64,000 nucleotides of DNA from Hyphomicrobiales bacterium (GTDB lineage: Bacteria; Pseudomonadota; Alphaproteobacteria; Rhizobiales; CBDCVD01): positions 1,920,226-1,984,225 of the forward strand of contig OZ244974.1 in NCBI GenBank assembly GCA_965222955.1, read 5' to 3'. Below are positions 1 to 6,974 of this stretch, in pieces; within the stretch, counting starts at the first letter, position 1; each line of letters starts with the position of its first letter. The notes under the pieces are model-generated. The model was not told the DNA's origin and made no database searches. It saw only the letters and a list, made by a program, of their open reading frames with translations. A program made the position numbers and the translations under genes.

Positions 1-403
1 CGCGGCACATGTTAAAGGCATTGTAGGCGGCCACACAGGGAATGCCGACCTTTTGCAGCATCAGCGTCTCGACTTCGGACAGGGCGGCATACGATCCGGT
101 GACGGTGAACAGCTTGCTGTCGGAGGGCACCAGATCTCCCTCTTCGAAGTAGCGCCGGATGGATACATCCGGCACGAGCTTTTCCACCAAACGCAGGGCC
201 GGGCCAAATGCGGCGATGACGCGGCGGCGCATAAATACCGCGTAGGTGACCTGCTGATCGCCGTATTTGCGCGCGATGTTACGCGAATGGGTGAAATACT
301 TGTCTGTCGTCACCGCGATGTCGGTAAACGAGAGCACCGTATCGACGATCCGGTCGATCTGAGTTGGTGGCGGCAATAGCGCCTCAATGGTACGCGCCTG
401 CAT
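1..403 (-). CDS. Nicotinate/quinolinate phosphoribosyltransferase-family protein, N-terminal part (gene runs off the left edge)
   Basis: My translation of the minus strand from ATG 403..401 gives MQARTIEALLPPPTQIDRIVDTVLSFTDIAVTTDKYFTHSRNIARKYGDQQVTYAVFMRRRVIAAFG...LSEVETLMLQKVGIPCVAAYNAF. The TDKYF...vFmRR...sEvEt pattern resembles the NAPRTase family. It is absent from the ORF track because there is no stop inside the window. Confidence 0.5.
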   Translation of the reverse strand, partial: MQARTIEALLPPPTQIDRIVDTVLSFTDIAVTTDKYFTHSRNIARKYGDQQVTYAVFMRRRVIAAFGPALRLVEKLVPDVSIRRYFEEGDLVPSDSKLFTVTGSYAALSEVETLMLQKVGIPCVAAYNAFNMCR

Positions 404-515
404 GACACAACCCTCCCTTTACGCATTGAACCGGCGCGAAGACGACGGTGTCAGCGTCGCCACGGCGACCGGACGGCAATAAACCGCACTGAATTGTGCC
501 GCTCAACCGGCCCCT

Positions 516-839
516 TTATGTCTCGCTCCTGATTTCATCGATGGCGCGGGCAAGAAGCGTATCCATCTGGTGGCGGATCTGGTGGTCCGACTTGACAATA
601 CCGGCGGCGGCCAGATCGCCGCTTAATTTGCGAAACACATCCGCATCACCCGGTTCCTCAAAATCGGAGAGGATTATCGTTTTGGCATACGCCTCGGCCT
701 CTTCACCGGTCTTGCCCATCAACTCCGCCGCCCAGAGCCCGAGCATCTTGTTGCGCCGTGCCTCGGCCTTGAATCGCAACGTCTCATCAAGGACGAATTT
801 TTTCTCGAACGTATCCTTGCGCTCATCAAAACTGCTCAT
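516..839 (-). CDS. DUF1476 protein (F1-ATPase inhibitor zeta-subunit-like)
   Basis: The track ORF is 516..893. The internal start MSSFDERKDTFEKKFVLDETLRFKAEARRNKMLGLWAAELMG matches the alphaproteobacterial DUF1476 pattern. Its position next to purC is typical. AGGGA lies upstream of ATG 839. Confidence 0.7.
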   Translation of the reverse strand: MSSFDERKDTFEKKFVLDETLRFKAEARRNKMLGLWAAELMGKTGEEAEAYAKTIILSDFEEPGDADVFRKLSGDLAAAGIVKSDHQIRHQMDTLLARAIDEIRSET

Positions 840-1052
840 CAATCCCTGCTCCTGTCTGATCTGCCTGGTTTTGCAACGCCCAAGACGCGGCAAACTTGCC
901 GGGATGCGCCTTGCGCGATCCGCTCGCCTTACAGGCGGATGAACGTCCCGCCTGGCCTTTCAAGCCGCCCTTGTGCCTTTTAGACCGATTTTGCCGAATT
1001 GTTCAATGACCTTCACCGTAAATAGGGCTAAATTGGGTCCCAATGCTCTAGT

Positions 1053-1117
1053 TGTGTAATTTCAACAGGGTGTCCCTGATAAACCCATCGGGAACACCCT
1101 GTTAAAAGACCACAACC
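1053..1117. repeat. Family C repeat, short form (inner arms only)
   Basis: Palindrome tgtgtaatttcaacagggtgtccctgataaacccatcgggaacaccctgttaaaagaccacaa. It is flanked by the inverted atgctctag / cagagcat. Confidence 0.8.
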
Positions 1118-1257
1118 AGAGCATGTTGATCCGGTGTCGTCAGTCTGGCGTTGACAAGTGCGGTGAAATGTCCCCAAAAACGTTGTCAAGGCGCCCCTTA
1201 AATGGCAAAAGGAACGACAACCTCAGAGTTCGGTATCATTGAAACGAATATGACATC

Positions 1258-2025
1258 ATGAATCGCAGACGACGCGTTTACGAGGGCAAAGCGAAAATCC
1301 TTTACGAGGGACCCGAACCGGGTACCCTCGTGCAGCACTTTAAGGACGAGGCAACCGCATTCAATGCCCAGAAGAAGGCCGTCATTGAAGGAAAAGGCGT
1401 ACTGAACAACCGCATTTGCGCGCATTTGTTCACTCACTTGAATACCATTGGCATTCCGACCCATTTCATTCGCCGGCTGAATATGCGCGAGCAACTGATT
1501 CGCGAGGTCGAAATCATTCCCCTGGAAGTGATTGTACGCAATGTCGCCGCAGGCACACTGGCACAACGGCTCAAGCTGGATGAGGGCACCCGGTTGCCGC
1601 GCTCCATTATCGAATTTTGCTACAAGAACGATGCGCTTGGCGACCCGCTTGTGGCCGAGGAACATGTTACCGCCTTCGGCTGGGCAAGCCCGCAGGAAAT
1701 CGACGACATCATGTCCCTTGCCATTCGCGTAAACGACTTTCTGAGTGGCTTGTTTCTTGGCATCGGCATTCGTCTTGTTGACTTCAAGCTCGAGTTTGGC
1801 CGCCATTGGGAAAATGACATGATGCGTATTATGCTTGCCGATGAAATCTCCCCCGATTCGTGTCGTCTTTGGGATATTCGCTCCGATGACAAACTCGACA
1901 AGGACCGCTTTCGCCGTGATATGGGCGGTCTGCTGGAGGCGTACAGCGATGTCGCCCGCCGCCTGGGCATTCGCATCGGCAGCGACGGCTTTAACGCGCA
2001 GAGTGGCCCCGTTTTGGTAAAGTAG
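1258..2025 (+). CDS. purC: Phosphoribosylaminoimidazole-succinocarboxamide (SAICAR) synthase
   Basis: 255 aa. [40 protein letters not shown]...[14 protein letters not shown] is a full-length PurC pattern. Confidence 0.95.
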   Translation: MNRRRRVYEGKAKILYEGPEPGTLVQHFKDEATAFNAQKKAVIEGKGVLNNRICAHLFTHLNTIGIPTHFIRRLNMREQLIREVEIIPLEVIVRNVAAGTLAQRLKLDEGTRLPRSIIEFCYKNDALGDPLVAEEHVTAFGWASPQEIDDIMSLAIRVNDFLSGLFLGIGIRLVDFKLEFGRHWENDMMRIMLADEISPDSCRLWDIRSDDKLDKDRFRRDMGGLLEAYSDVARRLGIRIGSDGFNAQSGPVLVK

Positions 2026-2277
2026 ATGCAGCATTTAAAGGCGCGTGTCACGGTTACACTGAAAAATGGCGTGTTGGACCCGCAAGGAGCGGCGATTGCC
2101 GGAGCTTTGCGGGCGCTGGCCTTCGATGAGCTTGACGATGTGCGGCAGGGGAAAATTTTCGATATCAAATTGCGCGCCAGAGATCGCGGACAGGCGCGCC
2201 AGCAGCTGGAGCGCATGTGCGAGCGGCTTCTGGCCAACGCGGTAATCGAAGAATATGCGGTCACGTTCATCGATTGA
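2026..2277 (+). CDS. purS: Phosphoribosylformylglycinamidine synthase subunit PurS
   Basis: 83 aa. ARVTVTLKNGVLDPQGAAIAGALRALAF...ANAVIEEYAVTF. The ATG follows the purC stop directly. Confidence 0.9.
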   Translation: MQHLKARVTVTLKNGVLDPQGAAIAGALRALAFDELDDVRQGKIFDIKLRARDRGQARQQLERMCERLLANAVIEEYAVTFID

Positions 2278-2338
2278 AGGATACCGGCGGGAATAAAGGA
2301 ATGCAGGTTCGGAATATGGCGGAAAAAAGGAAAGAATC

Positions 2339-2929
2339 GTGAAATTTTTGCGTGGCATTCTTGTGTGCGTTACAGGATTGGTTCTGCTTGCCGGCTGCGG
2401 CCTCGAATCGATACGCAAGCTCGGCGGAGAGACCAGTTCACCGGATATGAGCAGGTGGGAAAAAACCGCCAATAAAGGATTTCTTTCCTATAGCTGCCAA
2501 AGTTGCAGTGAGGCGGGCGCCGTCGTGCTGTATCGCAGTATCCATGTGGGACCGGACCTGAGCGCGGAGAATTCCCGCGAGGCGATTATCTCGTCCATGA
2601 GTACCGCCTTGACGCCCGGCGCCGTGAAACTGGAAAATGAAAAGGGCCAGGCCGTATTAACCCAGGCGTTTTCCTCCCTGACCGTTGCCGGTCACAAGGG
2701 ATTGCTCGGGCGTTATCACTACGCCCCTGCCGATACCACGGGCGAGAATAACGCCGGCAGCGGTTCCGGCGATGGCGCCGCGCCGTCTTCGCCGGCGCCG
2801 GCTGTGGGCTATATGTTCCTGATACCGAGCGGTGAGACACTTTTGATTTTGCAATCGGTCGCCGCCAATAAAGAAGATGCAGCAAGGTACTTACGCGAAT
2901 TTGCTGCCAGACTGGATAAACTGGCGTAA
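2339..2929 (+). CDS. Hypothetical lipoprotein
   Basis: GTG start preceded by aggaaag. The signal peptide carries the lipobox LLAGCG. No recognisable domain. It sits where purQ is usually found. Confidence 0.6.
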   Translation: MKFLRGILVCVTGLVLLAGCGLESIRKLGGETSSPDMSRWEKTANKGFLSYSCQSCSEAGAVVLYRSIHVGPDLSAENSREAIISSMSTALTPGAVKLENEKGQAVLTQAFSSLTVAGHKGLLGRYHYAPADTTGENNAGSGSGDGAAPSSPAPAVGYMFLIPSGETLLILQSVAANKEDAARYLREFAARLDKLA

Positions 2930-2930
2930 T

Positions 2931-3263
2931 AGAGCGTGTCAGGTCTTGATAGAACCATTCTGACGGAGCGATTTTGCGACAAGGCCAAGCAAAGTCTCGC
3001 AGGATATAGTGGGGCTGTTTGCAAGAGACTTAAGGTTCGTATTGGATCAGCCTGGCGTTAGCTGTACCCGTCTTGCCAGGGGCAATGCTAACGCCATAAA
3101 GCGATTGCCCTGAAATCTATAGCAAAAGCGCCCGTCCCTTCGGGTTTGCCGATTGGCGGACGCCCACACCCAAGCCGCTCTCGAGAGATGGATAAACATC
3201 GCTCTTCGATCGCCTTGAGCCTGGGTATCGCCTCGCCAATCGGGAAACGAAAATTGCTTCAGT
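2931..3263 (-). repeat. Family D MITE-like element, long form, one terminus missing
   Basis: It starts with the TIR agagcgtgtcaggtcttgatagaa. The interior is the reverse complement of 23236-23509. It carries an extra roughly 75-bp hairpin insert at about 3047-3122. The far TIR is replaced by an R98 copy. Confidence 0.8.
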
Positions 3264-3367
3264 TATACCAGCGGTATTGGCGTTTTGTACACGCTGACTT
3301 GTGTATAGTGTTGATAAGACAACGGTTTTAAGCCAAGTCAGGAGTCAAACGCAAAGCCCCTTGGTAT
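3264..3367 (+). repeat. R98 element, single copy
   Basis: tataccagcggtattggcgttttgtacacgctgacttgtgtatagtgttgataagacaacggttttaagccaagtcaggagtcaaacgcaaagccccttggtat. Confidence 0.9.
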
Positions 3368-3441
3368 TAAAAACTGAAAAGCTCCAGAAGCCCGACCTGG
3401 GTGGTGGGTGCGGGCCAGGTTTCCTGACTGAATGGGAAAAA

Positions 3442-3495
3442 GTTGAATGTGAAAAAGTCCCTCGGCTTCGCCCCGGTCCACTTTTCCCATTCAAC
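3442..3495. repeat. Family B hairpin element
   Basis: gttgaatgtgaaaaagtccctcggcttcgccccggtccacttttcccattcaac is a near-perfect palindrome. Confidence 0.85.
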
Positions 3496-3603
3496 GATTT
3501 AAGGTGCGACCGGCTGCACGTTTGCCCCCCGCGCCGGTCGCACCCCATGTCATGAATGATCTTGCTGGATCAGATCAGCGGATCATGACATGTTGTCTGT
3601 TTG

Positions 3604-3831
3604 TCAGCCCAGGCGCTGACTTCGTATGACTTTTTCCAGCTTTTCCGGCGTGTCGACCAAAGCGGAGTCCTCGTTCAGAGTCGCCGCTTCAGAACGCAAT
3701 TGCCAGACGTGAAAGTAAATCCAGAACGCCAGACCCGCGATCCAAAGAATAAACTCGGTGCCGACGAAAGGATAAATGGGACCCAGTTGAGCGATGTCCG
3801 TGGCCCAGTTTTCAACGATGGTCGTTGACAT
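3604..3831 (-). CDS. Small membrane protein co-oriented with and downstream of amt
   Basis: 75 aa with one clear hydrophobic helix (FILWIAGLAFWIYFHVW). It starts 37 bp after the amt stop. No family recognised. Confidence 0.5.
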   Translation of the reverse strand: MSTTIVENWATDIAQLGPIYPFVGTEFILWIAGLAFWIYFHVWQLRSEAATLNEDSALVDTPEKLEKVIRSQRLG

Positions 3832-3867
3832 GATCTTGTCTCCTGATTTGCCATTTGCGTTAAACGA

Positions 3868-5289
3868 TTAACCGCTGATCAGACCGCGCCTGCGCGCCTC
3901 ATCCAGTTCGGCCTGGGTAACCTCGCTTTCGTTGAGGTACCGGTCATGATATTCCGCCAGATCCAGACCGATCAATTCAATTTCAGCGGGAATTCTGAGC
4001 ACACCCATACGCTTGAGAACCGAAGCCAGTATAAATGACGGCAAAAAGCCCAGCACGCCAAACATGATAACCGCGCCAGCGAACTGTCCCCACGGGGTAA
4101 TCGACGCCGCATCCACGCCCCCCATTGCCGCCGGGTGTCCCCAAAGCATAAAACCGGCAATAACCAGGCCGATAAAGCCCGCATAGCCATGTACCGCGAC
4201 CGCACCGACAGCATCATCAATCATAAAGCGCCGCTCTATCCAGTTATGCAGCTTGTACGCGCTGACAGCGCCAATACCACCGATAAACATCGACTGAATC
4301 GGATGATACAGATCGTTTCCGGCAGAGGCGGCAATAATCCCCGCCAGACCGGCCGAATACGTCCAGAATGCATCGCCGCGTGATACGATATACCCCGCAA
4401 CAAGGCCGCCCGATAATGACATTAAAAAGTTGAACACGATCGCCGACAATGTCGTCGGGGTCAGATAGATGGTCGTGGCCGTATAGCTCGTGCCCTGGGC
4501 ACCAATATCGCCCGCGCCGATGATCGGCACGTTGCAGGCAACATAAAATCCCCAGAAGCCCGTATAGATCAAAAACAGACCGACCGTCACAAGCCACGGG
4601 TTATGGGGAACAATGTTGCGCGGCGTGCCGTCTTCGCGAAACTTCCCGATGCGGGCCCCAAGGGGAATAAGAACCCCTAATGCGGCGCCTCCGGCAATCG
4701 CGTGAATCACGCCCGAAGCATAGGCATCATGATAGCCCAGCAGCTTTACCATCCAGCCATCGTAGTGCCAGCCCCAGGCAGCGTCGATGATCCATGTGAA
4801 CGAACCCACCAGAACAGCAATCAGCCAGAACGCGCCAGAACGGATACGCTCAATCACGGCGCCCGAAACAATTGACGCGGCGGTCCACGAAAACAGCAAG
4901 AACGCAGCCCAGAACACGCCATTAATGCGTGCCCAGAAAGCGTTATCGTCAGCCGTTGTGGTAGCCGTTTGCGGGGCGCCACCCAGATGCGTGCCCATTA
5001 ACTCCGACCACGGTACCGCGTTCGGTGCGTCGATCAACCCTTGTCCCTTGTAAATAAACGGACCATTGGGGAAAGCAAAATAAATCCACCAGCCAAAGAA
5101 GAAAAATGTAATCGTCACCAACGGGATCAACATGGTGTTCTTCATTAGCGTATGCATCATGTTCTTGGTACGGGAAGCTCCGACTTCGTACATGCAAAAG
5201 CCTACGTGAATCAAAAACATCAACGGCACGGTTACCCAATAGTAAAACTCGCTGAAGATAACCGTCAGTGCACCGATATCGGTATCCAT
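3868..5289 (-). CDS. amt: Ammonium transporter (Amt/MEP/Rh family)
   Basis: 473 aa and polytopic. Motifs include VHAIAGGAALGVLIPLGARIGKF and AVAVHGYAGFIGLVIAGF. GGAGG lies 5 nt upstream of the ATG. Confidence 0.9.
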   Translation of the reverse strand: MDTDIGALTVIFSEFYYWVTVPLMFLIHVGFCMYEVGASRTKNMMHTLMKNTMLIPLVTITFFFFGWWIYFAFPNGPFIYKGQGLIDAPNAVPWSELMGTHLGGAPQTATTTADDNAFWARINGVFWAAFLLFSWTAASIVSGAVIERIRSGAFWLIAVLVGSFTWIIDAAWGWHYDGWMVKLLGYHDAYASGVIHAIAGGAALGVLIPLGARIGKFREDGTPRNIVPHNPWLVTVGLFLIYTGFWGFYVACNVPIIGAGDIGAQGTSYTATTIYLTPTTLSAIVFNFLMSLSGGLVAGYIVSRGDAFWTYSAGLAGIIAASAGNDLYHPIQSMFIGGIGAVSAYKLHNWIERRFMIDDAVGAVAVHGYAGFIGLVIAGFMLWGHPAAMGGVDAASITPWGQFAGAVIMFGVLGFLPSFILASVLKRMGVLRIPAEIELIGLDLAEYHDRYLNESEVTQAELDEARRRGLISG

Positions 5290-5428
5290 ACGTTCCTCCC
5301 TTTCACCTCATTATTATGCGCGTATGTCGTTTGCCGTCCTTCGGGTCAGGAACAATATGACGACTGGCTACGGACAGTCATTTTCGGGTGATACGCGCTT
5401 TGCCACCCGTCCGTTATCAGAGCCATTT

Positions 5429-5817
5429 TGCACAGCCAATGCACGTTTATGCGCCGATTCATCGAAAACGTGCCCCCCCTACATGTGACGCTCGTGGAAC
5501 GCAATTGACATTTGGGTCCCGTTTGCCGCCGGGGGCGCAAATGTAGAAATCGAACCATTAACAGGTGCCTAACAATTATCTTACTGTTATTCAACAATTT
5601 CCATGTGCAGGAAATCTCTCCCATGGCGCTTTTATCGCCGCTTGAATGTCGTTTTGCCGCAACATCACGCCGATTGGAAAACATAATTTACGGACCACGC
5701 GAAGCGTTCTGCACAACCAGCGCACGTTCATGCTCAGATTGGTTGAAAAGCATGCGCCGGTGTTATTTGTGACATCAATATGTGTCTAACAATTATCTTA
5801 CTGTTATTCAACAATTT
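5429..5817 (+). repeat. Two-block direct duplication in the amt upstream region
   Basis: The 32-bp block ctaacaattatcttactgttattcaacaattt is identical at 5569-5600 and 5786-5817. A related block starts tgcacagccaatgcacgtttatgc at 5429 and tgcacaaccagcgcacgttcatgc at 5710. Confidence 0.8.
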
Positions 5818-6140
5818 TGATGCACAGGAAACGTATCCCGTAGCGTTGTTGACCCATTTTGGCACAATGCCACTGCCGTTGAAACAACACAATCGTATCG
5901 GGGCTCGTTGCGGTGCGGGATTGAAGCCTCCCATCGCAGGAGGTTCTGAGGAGCAAAACGCACTTGGCGAGCGCGCCTTGCATATGGGTCTGGATGGAGC
6001 CGATGGGGTTCGGCGAGGCAGGTGATTCTTGACACACAGGCGGTATCGCCGTCTGTTTGTGATGGAATCGGTTGGTTTGGCGGTTTTTGGCGGACAGGCC
6101 CTTGATGCCGGCGGGATGATTGATGCACGCTGATGCGCGC

Positions 6141-6373
6141 TAGAGCCTTTCAGCAGGTTGTTCCTGAGGCAGGCAAACCGGAAGGGGGTACCTCTTGCGC
6201 CATTGCCCCCAGGATGGCCACCTGCACCCGACAGGTTTACCAGGGACAACCTGTACCTGTCAGGTGCGGATGGATGGCCGGGTATGGCCATCCTTGCGGC
6301 CCTTGCGGCCCTTGCCGCCAGGGTGGCCTTCAGACCTGTCCGTCCCGGGCATAACCTGCTGAAAGATCACAAC
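6141..6373. repeat. Family C MITE-like element, full form
   Basis: Outer arms are tagagcctttcagcaggttgttcctgaggcagg and cctgtccgtcccgggcataacctgctgaaagatcacaac. The inner palindrome is cacccgacaggtttaccagggacaacctgtacctgtcaggtg. Confidence 0.85.
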
Positions 6374-6470
6374 TCGCCATGATAACGTTCTCGTGGCCCT
6401 TTGAATGTGACCTGACACGCTCCAGAACGAGGCCAGCGGCAACGGGGACGCAAATGTCACATGTGTTTCG

Positions 6471-6674
6471 TTAGTCTTCCAGCACAAAGGTGACTTTGAG
6501 ATTGACGCGGTATTCGCTGATGTCGCCGCCCCTGACGACGATCTTGACGTCCTGGACCCAGGCACCCTCGACGTTTTTCAGGGTTTGATTGGCGCGTTTG
6601 ATGCCGTTTTCGATGGCGTCCTGGATGCTGGATTTCGATGAAGCGATGATTTCGGTAACGCGAGCGACGGACAT
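6471..6674 (-). CDS. Dodecin-family flavin-binding protein
   Basis: 67 aa. MSVARVTEIIASSKSSIQDAIENGIKRANQTLKNVEGAWVQDVKIVVRGGDISEYRVNLKVTFVLED matches the dodecin pattern. Confidence 0.8.
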   Translation of the reverse strand: MSVARVTEIIASSKSSIQDAIENGIKRANQTLKNVEGAWVQDVKIVVRGGDISEYRVNLKVTFVLED

Positions 6675-6904
6675 GGGGACCTCATTTTCCTGTGTTGGTT
6701 GTAAGAGCGCATTTTAACCCGCTGTTGCTACACTATCGCCAAATGTATCGCTGGCGGCGTGTCTGGCGGCTGAACGCCCGCCTGCGTGGGGTATGCGCCG
6801 GATAAATGTCGCACCTTAGCGCGATTTTTGCAAACGTTCAATCGCTTCATCGACGGCATCTGTGAAGATCCTGGCGCCTGGCAGGGGAGGGGGGTTGCTA
6901 CTTT

Positions 6905-6963
6905 AGGGCGTACATGTATTGATAGAAATGAAAATTGCTTCTATTAAGGACATGATACGCTCT
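6905..6963. repeat. Family D mini element (TIRs only)
   Basis: agggcgtacatgtattgatagaa ... ttctattaaggacatgatacgctct, flanked by the inverted ctacttta / taaagtag. Confidence 0.7.
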
Positions 6964-6974
6964 AAAGTAGCATT

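Noticed and set aside
53-379. 108-aa plus-strand ORF at the left edge.
   Set aside because: It is antisense to a longer open frame with a clear phosphoribosyltransferase-like sequence that starts at 403 on the minus strand.
2931-3263. The interior of the family D long form as a small gene or ncRNA (track ORF 3146..3331).
   Set aside because: The ORF crosses the D/R98 junction and is not conserved in the second D copy (23236-23509), which is in the opposite orientation with indels. There is no evidence beyond repeat conservation.
5429-5725. NtrC enhancer sites plus a sigma-54 promoter for amt.
   Set aside because: The TGCA half-sites are spaced N7, not the N9 of the TGCACC-N5-GGTGCA consensus. 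The only -24/-12-like match (5617-5631) is on the wrong strand for amt. It is kept only as an unexplained conserved duplication.
5734-6291. 185-aa minus-strand ORF upstream of amt.
   Set aside because: It spans the duplicated leader block and a family C element, it is Pro/Arg/Gly-rich, and it has no start context.
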